Notes: generated from the sequence alone by a model not told the origin. DNA of 62,933 nucleotides, filler included, from Calcarisporiella thermophila CBS 279.70 (GCF_041956535.1; 5 parts of 5 records of this genome joined end to end with filler, not necessarily neighbours in it), one strand, 5' to 3'. Positions 1 through 13,845 are shown, counted from the whole stretch's first letter. Made by a program: numbers and translations.

Positions 1-25
1 CAACAATCACAATATTTCGGCCTTT

Positions 26-111
26 GGGCGTTTGGTGTAGTGGTATCACATCTGCTTTGCAATGAAGTGCAAGTTTGCAGAAGGCCGTGGGTTCAATCCC
101 CACAGCGTCCA
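26..111 (+). tRNA. tRNA-Ala(UGC) with ~14-nt intron (62-75)
   Basis: Acceptor GGGCGTT/AGCGTCC-A with the G3:U70 Ala determinant; anticodon stem TCTGC/GCAGA, TGC at 58-60; T-arm GTGGGTTCAATCCCCAC; T-run terminator at 114+. Confidence 0.95.
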
Positions 112-420
112 TATTTTTTTTTTTCGTGTAATCATTCCATATATCTATCAAGACTTATAATTGTTGAACGCAATTTACGTCTATAAGGAAATAAAAGCTC
201 TATTATTGCCTCACAATACCAAAAATACTCGGAATAATAGAATTTTTAGTGCTATAGTGATACTACTGAACGCATTTTTTATAGTGCGTATATTTCCAAA
301 CAATAATATAAAGTATGACTGCTTGAGATAATAAAATTCTTTAATGAAAAGACTTTTAGAAAAAAATATAAGAAAACTCTAAATAAAACCACGCAAAGTC
401 GATCTGCTCTCACTTAAAAA

Positions 421-3400
421 TTATAATTCATCCTTCACGTGGGTCGGAAGAGTTGTTGTTTTGGTTGAGCTGGAATTTGATTGCTCTACAGTCGTCGACG
501 TTGGAGATGATGATGACGTTGACGACGACGAAGAAGTAGTACTTGCAGTAGATTTACTCATAGAAGCTTGATAGTTTGCCACTTTCTTCAATAGGCCAAG
601 CGCTCCACGCTCTAGTTCACTCGCCTTGGCCACTATTTCCCCAACCCACAATATAGGGTCCACGTTTTCTGCTAACTGCGATTGCTTCGAAATCTTCTCC
701 TCCAACCATGTAGCAGCCACCTTAGATTGTTCTCTTACTTTATCTAGTCTAGACTGGATATCCTTTTGCATATCTTCTGCAAGAGTGCTTTGGAGTTGGC
801 CAATGCGATCTATAGCATTGTTTGTGTCAGAAATCGCGCGCTTTAAACCCTCAATTGCTGTGGGTCGCTGCTCCACCTCTTCTTTGCGACGTTGAATTGG
901 ATGGTGCAAAGCCTGCAGACGCTGCCACCGTTCAGTGAACTGCTGAACTGTTGCATGTTCCCCATCTCCATATAACCACTCCGAAGCCTCTTCAAGCTGC
1001 TTCTTCAAAGTAGCTCTTTCCTCTTCCGTACTAATTCGTGAAACGAGCTGATGGGAGAGGAAATCTTGTGCCGTGTAGACAAAGGCTTCGAGACGGTTAC
1101 GAGATTCTTCACGCATGCGACGATTCAAGTCTTCAGTGTCCATTTCACGAAGGCGTTTGCTGGCAGCATTCTTTATATCAGTGGGCATAGGAGGGATCCC
1201 TTGGAGAACTACGCTGACATTGAGCGGTAACGTTTCAATTTTATGCTTCTTATTGGAAGATTCCGAGGCATTGGTTTCCGAGTTAGTGGCATTGGATTCT
1301 CCTTGCTTCTAACGATTAAAATAAAAAAATATTTTAAGCATACTATTGTATTTTTTTTTAAAAAAAAAACAAGATTAATGTCATTTAGTACTTTTTCCTC
1401 GTTAGATGGTGTCTCCTCCAATTTTTCGCTCTCTGTTTCACTAGTCTGATTGTTTCCGCTCAAAAGGGATTTCACTTTATCCACGAGAGTTGATCGGTCT
1501 TCCACTTCAATTGAAGCGACTGCATCAGTGACCGTAACTAGTCCAGAGCCAGTTAGTTCCAATGTAACTTTCACCTTGGGTCGGTCTAGAATAGCCGTTT
1601 CATTGAATTTTTGAAGCACGTTAGCGAGACCGCTAATACGTGCTTGGGCGATGTCCGTTGTAGGAAAGTCTCTACATTAAAAAAAAAGTAAAATTCGATG
1701 TTAAAGTAGCACAAATAAACAGAAGAGTATTGTCTTACTTCATTGTATCTTCTGATAGCTCAGTATATTTTACATCAATATCAAAGTCGCCAGTGCGCTT
1801 GAAAGTAACTATTTTTTTGGCGTCTAGTGCAGCATGGCCAGGGAAGAGGGTTGTGTGAGAAACCTTCGACTCTAATTCATGACATAAATATTTATCAGAA
1901 TCTAAAACTCTAGGGATGTTAGAATATAAATAGCAAAACCTTGGCTATTTTCTTTGGGTTCTGACTTGTATCGAACTTCAATAGGGAAGAGATGTATATC
2001 TTTGATACGGAATTCTTTTACTCTATATTGTCGGCTGAGACCTGCAGCACGGAGAGCGGCACCTAAGAAAAGCGAAAAACAATTGGTAAAGATACTTGAC
2101 TTAAATAATATAATTCTAATTACCAAGGACAGCTGCCTCATCCTGGTTAACATTCTTTGCAATCCTATCTCTACCGATAACGCAAGGAAAAGGTACCAAT
2201 AAATCCTATGTTCATTAAAAGAGATATAATGGTACTTACTTGCCAACAGCTTCCTTCAAGATATTTTGAATAGCTGGGATACGTATACCTCCACCAACTA
2301 AGACTAGGGATTTCACGGATGACAAGTCAACATTTGCATTTTTCAGAGCGATATTGATTGGGTCCATGACGCGCTTAAGTAAATCTTTCGATAAGCGCTC
2401 CAAATCGGCACGAGTCACCTTCATACGAAAATCACGGTCTTCATGCAAACCCTCAATCTGCCGTATTAAAATAGAAGACGAAATTTACTTTTGTCTCGAT
2501 CCAATATATGTTTTAGATGGATAATAAACCTACCGAAGCCATCATTTCAGTGTTCGCGCTCAAAATTTCTTTTACTCGAGTTGCTTCCTTTTTTAATTTT
2601 GCGATTGCTCTAGGATTTTCAAATACGCTTTTTTCCAATTTTCCCTTATTAACGCGGTCGAATTCTTCTCCTATAAAGCGTAGCATTCTTTCATCGAAAC
2701 TGCCTCCTCCGAGTGTGCGGTCATATCCAACGCCTCGAACTTCGATCTCCGTTACGGTTTTATTGTATTTACCAATATCACGAACACTAACAGTGCGAAA
2801 TCCGACAAGACTTGCTACAGTACTACCTGCACCCATGTCATAAAAGATATGATACTCGGGCTCAGATGAAAAACTACGAGACATGGCATAATTCAGAGCA
2901 ACTAATTCGGGGTATAATAGAATTAAATGGATGATCCAATAATTTTGATTCAAAAAAAAAATAGTCTACCTGCTGTCTCATCATGGATCAGACTTAATAC
3001 GTTTAATTCTGCTAATTCAGCTGCGTCCAGAATTGCTTGGCGTTCAAATTGGTTAAAAAACGGAGGCACTGTAATGACTGCATCGCGAATTGTTTCTTGG
3101 GCAGTAGCTTCAGCCTGTTCTCTAGCATGTGAAAATTGCATTGCAACAAGCTCTTCGACTGTGAATATTTCATTTCCCTGCTTAAATGCAATTGTATTGC
3201 GATCAGTTTTAATCATTTCAGGTGTAAAGGCAGAGCGATAGGACTGAGCATGTGCGTCATCGAAATGCCGCCCAAGTATACGTTTTAGATGTGGAAATGT
3301 ACTTTCCGGGAACCGAGATGCCTACGTGGATTGAGAATTGAATTATTAATTCAGGTAAATTTCTCATAAAAATACTTCGAAGCAAAATAATATTGTTACA

Positions 3401-3637
3401 TACCAGGTTCAAGGAATCAGACCCATATATCCGCTCTCTTCCGCGCAGTGTCACAATAGAAGCCGTTTTCCGTTTCGAGTCACGATTCAATGCAACATCG
3501 AAATTCGGTTTTACCAACCCGACTTTAAACCACTCGGTACCATAGTCGATGGAAAGCACAGCTGCCTCAGCCAAAAAAATTGCGGTAAGCGCAAAGGCTG
3601 CCACCAGTAGTAGCCTATAAGCGCCTAGACCTCGCAT
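421..3637 (-). CDS. LHS1: ER lumenal Hsp70-family nucleotide exchange factor (Lhs1/HYOU1/Grp170), multi-exon
   Basis: Signal peptide, SIDYGTEWFKV, VITVPPFFNQFERQAILDAA, FYDMGAGST, LVGGGIRIPAIQ, C-terminal KDEL; GT-AG introns between the ORF segments. Confidence 0.95.
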
Positions 3638-4187
3638 TTTATACAATCTATTTTTTTGTGATTCGCCTATAAATGCGATGGATAACAGAGAAAAAAGTGG
3701 AGATCTTTCGTATTAAATCCTTCAAAATTCGGTTATGTGGTTCATCTTTATTGGCCTTCAATAACTGCGCCACAATGCTTTTCTACTAAATATCAATTGA
3801 TATATTTAAAAGAAAATTTAAATACTATTAAATAGCCATAGACTGTGAAATACGAAAGTCGCATTTTTTCAATGTTGAGACTGTAGTAAATTGCGACGAG
3901 TTTCGAAATTTAACCGAATTCAATGGACATTTTTAACTTTACAAAATTTATACCTTGTCATTTTCAAAATGGCATGCGTAGTTTTCGGTCGACCTGGATA
4001 ATCTAATAATCCATTGTTATCTTACTAAATGGTTTGCAGAAAATTTCTTTATCTGGTGAATAAAGGCTATCAAATTTGGACTATATCAAAATTTAGAATT
4101 GCTGGAACTAAGAAAATTGCATTTATGAAGTAAGAGTATCAGCGATATTTTACATGAGGATGATCCATCGACTCGTACATAAGGATA

Positions 4188-4821
4188 TCATTCAAAAAAT
4201 GGCAAACCGCGAACAAATCTATCAACTGCCACACGGAACAATTCGCACCCAATATTCAGACTTTCTCCCGACTGGACACGCTGAAGTGGATTTTTTGTCA
4301 CGAATTCCACATATGGGCCTTGGTAGAATTGTCGCAATACACCACGCATTGAAAGAGTGGAAGGATCTGTCATCATGACAAATTTGAGTCCGCTAGGTGT
4401 TTCGTAGTAATGAAGACGATATTTTGAAGTGCGGTAGGAAATAAAACCATCATTGCCCTGACTACTCAACAAAATTTATCATTAAAAAAAATCATATGAT
4501 ATGTCCATATTAATTCATGAATTACTCTGGAGATAGCTTCTTAACCAAGTTGCGTAAGCTAAACACTACTCCGTATACCAGTTTTGCCTGTTCCTCTATG
4601 GACATCGAACCTCCTATCCCCGAGCTTTCAACTTGTGACTCCAGAGTGTCTGTTCCAACGCGCGAGGAGCCAGATGATGAAACTGTCCGCTGATGCTGCG
4701 AAGTAGCTGCGGTTACCGACACCGAAGACTTTGGATCTACATGTTGCTTAGAATGTGACCATGCATGATGGTATATGCATTGGCAATGCCGGTCAAAAAT
4801 ATAAAGATTATATATTGTCAT
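4188..4821 (-). CDS. BET5: TRAPP complex subunit Bet5/TRAPPC1 (sybindin family), 2 exons
   Basis: MTIYNLYIFDRHCQCIY, AKLVYGVVFSLRNLVKKL, YRTSKYRLHYYETPSGLKFVMMTDP, YVEFVTKNPL. Confidence 0.93.
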
Positions 4822-6660
4822 TGGATTGGCGAGAATAATTTTAAACAAGGTCATAGGTAATCGCGTCGTGCGACAAATTTCAGTGGCTTGATACGTGGCG
4901 CAGTGAATGTTGGATTTCTCATTATAATACTTGATTTTAATGACGAAATTTTGAGAAGATTTGATCGTGAAAAACATATAATTTCTTTATATTTAATCTT
5001 TTCAGTTTAAGCTGTGTGAAGTATCATATTCATCCTTCTGAATAATTATCTATTTTATTATTTCAAATTAGTATAAATCATTAGCATATTCATATTAAGA
5101 AAATGAATTAATTCCATATGAATTATGTGCAATCACAATTATAGTGATCGCATATATACGTGTTTTTATCTACAAAGAATAGAGTACCATTTACTATCTA
5201 AGTTGTTTTCTAGCTAGTAGCTTTTTCAGCGCTACTATTTCTAGCGATTCGACGTTAATATTTCGTACCGCAATTCGGAAAACCTAAAGCTCTTTCTACT
5301 GGAAATCTAAACCCATTTGACAAAATCCGACAAACAAATGTTATAGTTCTCTCTCCTACTCGCTAGAGCTAATTTTGTTAAGAAACTACAAATCCCGATG
5401 ATTAATACAAAATCTTGAGACCATACCCACCATGAATGTGCTTCAGATAACATTAATAGGCGAAATTCGGAACTGAGGGCTTTGACATCATGTAGCAAGA
5501 GATGGGTATCTGAAAATGTTGATTTATGCCCCTTTATTCCGACGGCTTTGTGAATAATCCTTAAAAATCGTGTCACAAAAGAAAATATGTCGGGTTGTCG
5601 TATATAATCGAAGAATTTACTGGGATTAGCTGTAAAATTGTGACTTGGATCTATCAATTGAGATAAGTTAAAAATATTCTTAACAACTTTGACAAAAAGG
5701 AGATTTTATTTCCAAAATAAAACACTATAAATATAAACCTTCTATAAAAAAATTCATGACATAGATATACTCGTCGCCTTTTTTCAAATTTTAATAAGCC
5801 AACCGAGTTAGAAAGGTAATGTATAATGTGTTTGTTTTATACAGTTGAAGATTTCACAGTAGCACACGGTTTTCGTATTCCTAAAATAACATAACAGTAC
5901 CAAGAAATATGATACAAACAAACTTGTCCTGTACCTTTTGTTGCCGCAAGGCATAATGAGATGTAACATTTCGCTTGTTCCAAGAGGTTTATTATAAGGT
6001 TCTGTTTAACTTACTAAAAAATCTCCAAATAAAGCGAGAATTAACAAGACTTACTATAACTAAATCCCAAAAGATCGTGTCCAGGGTTCAATTGTGAAAA
6101 CTGTGATGTAATCCTCTTTTCAGTGTAAGCAACCGCAAAACTGTGCCTGCCATATCTATATTGGAATTATCCAGCTTGCTCGTGTTTGTCTAACTTCAGC
6201 GGCAATTCCGAAAAATTTTTAAATTGCATTTCACAATCGGGGTTTTATTTTATTTTAAAAAATGGGAATTGTGCCTTTGCTTAGGGTTTCCTAGTTTGGA
6301 ATTCCACTATTGATTTGGATGTCAATCGCAGTTTGGATTCCAGATTTTTGAAAAAAAAAAAGAGGATCGAAAAGTTGGATTCTTTACAAGAGATCAATTT
6401 TGTACTTGCACGGGCCACGGTCTATGTACAATTAGGTACACTTCGGGATCTGCGTGACATTGTAAATCAGATTGTGTCACTTCCAAGGCATTATTCCCAT
6501 GAGAGATATTTTTAAAAAGGAATGCGCTATACTACAAAGATTAAAAAGTCCACGCTTAACAAGGGAACCGCACAATATGTAAAAACAGGATCCTGGTCAC
6601 GGAAGGGGTATCATGGCGGGATGACTATTTCATGATAGCCTCAGTTAAGTGCCAAAAGGT

Positions 6661-6667
6661 TATAAAA
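6661..6667 (+). promoter_or_regulatory. TATA box of the Met-rich peptide gene
   Basis: TATAAAA about 100 bp upstream of the ATG at 6765. Confidence 0.5.
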
Positions 6668-6764
6668 GAAGCTCGAAATGCAACCGATTTTTCACCATTA
6701 ACACAAACTCAAAAAGCATTTTATTTACACACACTCCTCCCTACTCAATCTTAATTCAACAAGA

Positions 6765-7061
6765 ATGAAGGCTACTCTTATCAATCTTGCTCTCTTGGCG
6801 ACCCTCGCTATCGGTGCATTTGCCCAGCCCGTAAGGACCACTAATGAAGTAGAGGTTGCCGACCACCAAGAGGAAGCTCCCGAATATGAGGCCTACGAAG
6901 CCACTGATGACGCAGTTGACGGAGCTGAGGGAGAAGATCTCGAGAAGCGCACAATGATGGGTATGGGAATGATGAAAATGCCCATGATGGGTATGCCTAT
7001 GATGGGAATGGGCATGCCTATGATGGGTATGATGGGCAAGATGAAGAAGAAGCATCATTAA
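6765..7061 (+). CDS. Secreted prepro-peptide: signal peptide, acidic pro-region, Kex2 KR site, 36-aa Met/Gly/Pro-rich cationic peptide
   Basis: MKATLINLALLATLAIGAFA signal, D/E-rich spacer, EKR, then TMMGMGMMKMPMMGMPMMGMGMPMMGMMGKMKKKHH; upstream TATA box. Confidence 0.85.
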   Translation: MKATLINLALLATLAIGAFAQPVRTTNEVEVADHQEEAPEYEAYEATDDAVDGAEGEDLEKRTMMGMGMMKMPMMGMPMMGMGMPMMGMMGKMKKKHH

Positions 7062-7511
7062 AGCCTTGATGCCGGATCATATTTAGAGCAATTGCTATAT
7101 TTTCATGCATTTAAATTTATTTCCATCCATTCTAGTGTGTACTCTTGCATTAAGTAGAAAAACCAATATATAATCACTTGTATTCGTCCCTACCAATAAA
7201 GTCCATCCTTAGATACTTTAAATATAAAGCTAGGCCATCATGGGTATTTTAAGAATAAAAAAATTAGCAAAATTAATTATATTGAATATGAATTCGAAAA
7301 CAAATACATTAATAACGATAGTATATACTTCATGGCTACCTTGCATTAAATATACTAATTTTAAGTAATGAAGTAAAATAAGACATAAAGTTGAATCACC
7401 AGTAATCAACTTGGATCACATAACACAAATTATTGAGGTATAAAGGAGACTATCATCGATTGATTGTGAGCATATTTCGATCGTGAATATATTCCTGATC
7501 CAAGTGCTAAT

Positions 7512-8812
7512 CTAAAAATGATGAGCTTCATTGTTCGAACTTACGAATCGTGGCTGTATCGAACCAACTGTACTCAATGGTGGACCACTGAAAGCGGCCG
7601 CGTTCGCATTTCTTGGACTATTGTTGCACTGGATACTATTGAATGGCGGAGCAACTGAACTTTGCTCTGACTTAATAGCACACTCTTCTTCCCTAAAGGA
7701 TCCAAACTCATTTTTATGCCGGAACATCCATCCAACGAATGAGATTATAACACAAAGGGCCAATATCGCGATGTTCCAAATAAAACCGAGGACATCAATG
7801 TACTGACCGACATCGGTAGGGATGCCTGGCATAGTTAGACGAACTGAGGGAAGTGCAAAGAGGAGGGTAGATGGTACAGCTACATCTCCAAGGCTTGCCT
7901 AATGCAATAAAAAAAAACCATAATACGCTGGATGTTAGATTTGAGGGAAAAAAATCAATGATCACAAACTCACTTTACGCCCATATAGGAAGATCTGATA
8001 GGAAACCGAAGCAGTTAAGAGGGTAATTAGCCACATCAATACAACAACAAAGATGCTGAAACCCTTTACAAATGTTGTTTGCTCGACTTTGAATTTTATC
8101 AAATACAGGTATCGCAAAGCTTCAGTATCGATCTCGGACCCAGTGTCTAAATCCTCCGGATTGGAAATCACCTCAATACCAAACCGGTTTGACTGCATCA
8201 CGCTCTTGATATCAAAATCAATTGGCACCAATGAAGTAGTATGGTTATTAAGTATACTCGCAAACATTAGAAATCCCACCTCCCATTTATCAAAGGGGTA
8301 TAGTGCAGCATCCCCCTCATCGAAACTTAACTCAATGTCCTTACTATTGATGTACGTTGTTGAATTAAGCGGAATCGTTGTCCCATCTACAGATAGGCTT
8401 GCTCCAGAGTAGGGCGAATCTGGTGTATACAAATCTCCTGAGAGTAGAGCATTCACCTTCATCTTAAGAATGCTTTTATCTAGGTCGACATAGTGCACTT
8501 TGAAGGACACATCTATGCCAAGTGATTTGGTGAATTCAGGGTTGCTTTCTTTTTCCGCTGATGAGTGCTGATATGTCTCCAGGTTATTCTCACTTTCGTT
8601 TTTGAAGGCAAAGAAGGTTCCAACAACTGTGACTGAAATATTTTCGAAATCAGAGAGGATGTAATGGGAAATCAAGGATTGAGAGGATAGTTACCAAATA
8701 AAGCGATTAGCAGGAAGATAGGAATACTTTTGCGCATCCAAAAAGGAATTTGACGAATCGGCCGCGTCTGCGATCGATTCCTGAACACCTTACTCAAAAG
8801 TACAAGATTCAT
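7512..8812 (-). CDS. DUF4436-family membrane protein, 3 exons
   Basis: N-terminal TM, YPFDKW motif, C-terminal TMs with LFALPSVRLTMPGIP...DVLGFIWN; introns at about 8652-8694 and 7899-7972. Confidence 0.75.
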
Positions 8813-11032
8813 ATTTAAAAATTACGCTGGTGAAGGGTAGTTGGAGGTGGGAAAATGGGAAGGCGTGTAGGGAAACAAAAAAATCCAAGGGATATGCAGA
8901 TAATGCAATTAAAGGTTATGCCAGATACCCTGCTGGCGTTTTATGGAATTGCTTGTATTAATGGTGGAGTAGGGAAGGTTTTGATTTAAAATACAAACTT
9001 ATCTTAAGAATAGAGTAAAGAATAGATACAAATATTTTTTCAAAGAATGTTTGCTGAATCATTTTTTCACTTGTAGCGAAGTCAAATAGCAGGTTATATA
9101 CACCTAGAAATTTCAAATACTCGTTAATTATCGAGCCACTTACCTGTGATACCTCGGGGGAAGCCGAGCTATTCAATTTTTCCGGAGCTCCGTGATGTGA
9201 TAAACAGACCAGTAAGTTTTAAAAGCTTGCTCATATTAATTCGTATTTTGTATATCCGAATACCAACACTGCCATAATGCTCTATTGGGTAATATAAGTC
9301 CATATTCAGATAGAATATGTAAATTGTGTTAAACCCTCCTTGTTGTCTATCTCTTATGTAGCAATTGTAATGTATAAAATATATATCAGATACTGCATGG
9401 TTTTCTAAACTATCACCATGTTGTTAGTTACATAGGAGCTTCTAACACTTGATAATGAGTGTACAAGCGGAATATAAACACACGAGGCTTTGAACTTATG
9501 ATATAAGCTCCTCATATTTTTATTGGATAATACGAAAACTTTACTGCCTCTAACTATGGCGGAGAGAAACGATTTACACGTCAGAAGCGAGCTATATTAT
9601 ACTACTTATTTATATGGATGTACAATTGGCTTACATATTAGCACCCGAATAACAATAAAAATTGAACGCCTCAGCATTTAACTTTATTTGGGAATAGAAA
9701 AACAATTCGCCAGCTTCGCTGAGAGTTCTTAGTGAATTTATTGGAGGTTCTTAAAGATCTTTCAAATGCAATAGTAAATACATACTACTACGAAACCTTC
9801 ACTTAAGAAGATTTCCCTACAAAAGCTACCTGGTACATGATCTTTCTAGATCCATGTCAATGGTTTTCAAACTAGTCCGTTTAATTAAAACTCTGGCTAA
9901 GTTTTTTGTACGCATGTTTTGTATTAATAAATACTTAGGTCCAGTTCTTTTTAATCTATGGATGCATGATCTTATGATATGTTGCTTATTTAAAATGAGT
10001 TAAACGTGGGAGAGGAAATCAACGTTTTCATACACTAGGAATGATAAGTAAATTCGGTGTTCGTATTAGGTAGGAAGGAATCCAATTTTCGGCAATTTCT
10101 TAATGCCATCAGTCATTCATCATGGTTACGAAACTTGCCTTATAAACTCTATACTCCAGATCATGATATCGTATGGAAGCATTGAAACTTATTAGCTTTG
10201 CCCTGCGTTTCCTCGTAATGCCTAAATCTAGCTGCTCATAATTCTGGAATGGTGTACTCAGACTTGTCCAAGATCTGCTGAATACTGCGACGCGCGTTGT
10301 AACAGTGTAAACACCGTTTAGACAACGGTTTATCTGATGTTTTCCTATTTAAATATATTGCTTAACATCCATGATAATACATAGTTATCAATCAAATTAC
10401 TGGAGAGGGCATCGATTAGTTTAAATTCATGCTAAGGCGATAAACGCTTAAATTATTGTTCTGATATGGATATCTAATTATTAGCAAAATATGTTGAGGC
10501 GCAGCAATATTTACTTTTAAATATTTGTTTCCGAAGCTTCAGGAGAGCGCGCTATTTTTCTTTCTTATTTCTTCTCTTTTTTATCTCTCTGCTTCCTTTT
10601 TTTTTTACGAAGGGTCGCTAGTAAGGGTGAGTGTACGCTCCCACACTTTCTCTTCATTAAGCATATGATGAAAATACTCCAAAAATTTTCATGATAGGAA
10701 TTGCCGTCAGATAAATACTTTTGTATTTAATGACGAGGCAAGGTTCTCTGATGCTTATTGAAAAATTGAGAATTGTGGACTGTTATCTATTTGTTAGGAC
10801 AGTTATTAATCCTCCCTTTTTTTGTGCTTTTTGTAGATATTTTTGATAACGGTCCAGGAGGTATGATACTATGTTTTCATCTGAGTAGAAATAAAGATAT
10901 CAGATATTCTATTATCTTACAACAATGATCACTTTAATGCTGTATACATTATAAAAAATTAATAAGAATATGAAAATAATAGTTCCATAAAGCGGGTATA
11001 AAAATAAGAAATCTATACAACACATTCAAACA

Positions 11033-12138
11033 TTATTGTTTATGCAACGGCATGCTCATGGATTGTTTAATACACTCTAGTGAACAAAGCCGCCATCGGA
11101 CCGGAAAGCGAGTTCGGCCTTCACTGTTACTGTTGCTTATTTCATTCGGCAAACTCTCCCATGTTAGTCGTTGTAAACCAGAATGATAAAGGCTTCGTCC
11201 ACAACAAGAACATCGCACGAGTCCCTTACAGACAACATCCACGAGGTGGAGTGGCAAAAGCCTTGCCAAATGGTCCATACCTCCAGCACTTTCACAATCC
11301 GCAAAGTCAGAATGATTCTGACAGTAAAAGTGGGGTGAACCACGTAGGCACTCTCCTAGGAGCTGTGCACATGAATCTCTCAAACTCAACATCCATCTCT
11401 CCTCCAATTTCATATCAGTCCTCACAGGCTCTATGATTGGATTCTCTTCTAACCAGAGTCGCCTAAGCCTACGCCTTGCCAATAGCTCAACGGGTAATTC
11501 CTCAAGTGCATTCCCAGTAAGATCAACGATCTCCAATCGTGGCAATCTGCCAAGTGCTTGTGGTAATGATCGAAGTTGATTACGATGCAGATAAAGTTCA
11601 CGTAGATGGATTAATTGACCGATGAGTGGAGATATGTCAGTGAGTTGATTATTCCCAAGATGTAGCTCTTCGAGATGAACCAGATCAAAGAGGGAGGAAG
11701 GCAAAGAGGTAAGCTTATTTCCAGTTAGTTGCAGGATTCTGAGCGTTTGAAGGCGGGATGTTGCAGCTGGAAGCACACTCTAAAAATTTTGAGCCAATGT
11801 TAGTAGAGGGAATACTGGTCAAGATTGAATTAAAGGCTCACTAGATTTGTTATTCGTGCAGTCTCGAGAACGAGCACAGGTCGTTCCGTTCTAATAGTCT
11901 CAGTTACTATTTCAGACTTTTCATCCTTTTTTCCATCAGGAAATCGGGTGAGCGTGTAACCAAGTCCAGAAGATGGCATGTGCCATAGCAAAACCCTTTG
12001 ATCTCTCCGTTCCTTGCGCTTTTTTAATGCATCAGTATCTGATGGTAATAATGGACTAGTTCGTGATCTGGGTAGGCTATGGCTATTCGAAGTTCCGCTG
12101 AATATGTGAGGGAGACTATGCCGCCTCTCTAGCGTCAT
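11033..12138 (-). CDS. Leucine-rich repeat protein with C-terminal Cys cluster, 2 exons
   Basis: Repeated LxxLxLxxNxL motifs (LQLTGNKL, LHLGNNQL, LYLHRNQL, VDLTGNAL); CSCC and CSLEC near the C-terminus. Confidence 0.85.
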
Positions 12139-12561
12139 TGGTTTAGTGTAATTATTTTCTACAAACGGCTAAATATACCTATTTTTCGGAAAACTCCAGG
12201 GTCAACAAAGAAACGATAAAAGCGTCACTTGAGGCGCAGCTATTTCTCTGTTTGCAATCATAGGAGAAATTATATTCACTGCCGTCATATTTCTAATGTT
12301 AATGAAACCAAACGTAAAATCAAGCAAGTATTTTAACAGCATTAATATATGAAAACCCAAATGCTTCATATGAGAATAACTATAGCTTGATTAGAATTAT
12401 AATACACTTGATAATAGACATATATTTTGTTGAAAATTATAAATACGAGCTTGAAAACTCAAGACAGCCATAGTGTAGTGAAAAATCATGCATATTAAAT
12501 CCGAAAAATATCAAGTATAACGAAATGTTATATAAAGTGGATCAAAATTATTAAAAAATGA

Positions 12562-12635
12562 TGTTCTCGTCCGGGTTCGAACCGGAGACCTTCCGCGTGT
12601 GAAGCGGATGTGATAACCAACTACACCACGAAAAC
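12562..12635 (-). tRNA. tRNA-Val(CAC)
   Basis: Reverse complement GTTTTCGTGGTGTAGTTGGTTATCACATCCGCTTCACACGCGGAAGGTCTCCGGTTCGAACCCGGACGAGAACA folds as a full cloverleaf. Confidence 0.96.
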
Positions 12636-12700
12636 TCACTTGAAAATTTTTTTACAAATTTTCTTTTTAAATGAATTTTTCAAAAGCAGTCACAAAATGA

Positions 12701-12757
12701 ATTTTTTTCATGTCTACATTTATCCATTACACGGATAAATGTAGACATGAGAAAAAT
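12701..12757. repeat. Inverted repeat: 18-bp perfect arms, 7-nt loop, extending to ~25 bp
   Basis: TCATGTCTACATTTATCC-attacac-GGATAAATGTAGACATGA. Confidence 0.9.
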
Positions 12758-13845
12758 ATCACTTGTTGATACATTCACTTTACTGCTCTTAAAATCTTTG
12801 CTGTTTTATTCACAGATAAAGTTGCTGTAATTTATTTAATATTTTTACAAGTTACAAAAGTGCCAAAATTGTTTTCAAAAACTGCCAACCTTTATCTTTT
12901 CAAATGTCTTGAGAATGCAACACTGGTAAAGATTATCATCTTTTGCTTGAATCAAAAATTGAAATAAACACGAAAGAGACTAACGAACCCTATTATGTTT
13001 GATCAGCATAAAGCTCGAAGCTGAAATCTTATGAAGAGTTTGAAATGCTGAACCTCCGTAGCGTGTTAATTTTAAGTTTGTTTTTTAATTGCCGCCGAAT
13101 GAGCTACCATCTATGAGGATTTGACGGAGGCAACCTAAGCACTTTGGAACGCGTTATCGTAAGAACTTTTGAGTAGATAAGAAATGGCATCACAATAGTC
13201 AATGTCGTTGGCAAACACTATAGTTAGTCTCATTAAATTCGAAACCTTAAACAATACGTTATATGAGGGCTTTTAAGGGATAGATCTGTCCCAGCTCAAG
13301 CTAATTCTATACTGTCCTGCACAGTTCTCTCAGGCCTCTACCATGTGAGAAGCATTGATAGATTCCTTTGATAGCTAAGCTATGTAGTGTGATCTAGAAA
13401 TTTTCTCCCCTGTGAAATTGAGAGAACAGCGAAATACATAATAAGTTTGGAGATATTTGGAATTCACTATCTAATCAAAGCGGGATCAAGACCTAGGGCC
13501 CTATGCCCGTGAGCTTTGCAAAATTTCAGTAGAACCATGCATAAAATTTCTCATCGTACCACCAGAAGAGTCATTTATCGAGCCAGAATATTGAATGGGC
13601 TTATAGAAACAAGTATATTGAGGAGGTTTCGATCCAAGTATATTCACACGCATGCACTCCACCTCATGAAAGAAAAAGAGAGTACCCCTTCCTTCCCTAG
13701 CGTGTTAATTTTCCTCATATCGATGTCGTACAAAATGTGGTTGCCTAAGGGCCATTTTCATATAAATAGATGGCAGCTATCTTTTCAATCCTAACGTTCG
13801 ATTCTAATTTCAGATCGTTATTAAGACTTTGTTTCTCAAGCTACT

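Noticed and set aside
5307-5657. 116-aa ORF with non-ATG start
   Set aside because: No recognisable motifs; AT-rich intergenic composition.
6100-6660. Copper-responsive (Mac1-type) elements upstream of the Met-rich peptide gene
   Set aside because: Only a partial TTGCTCG match near 6176; not distinguishable from chance.
6756-7058. His-rich antisense ORF
   Set aside because: CAT codons are simply the reverse complement of the ATG repeats in the Met-rich gene; the plus strand has the signal peptide and TATA box.
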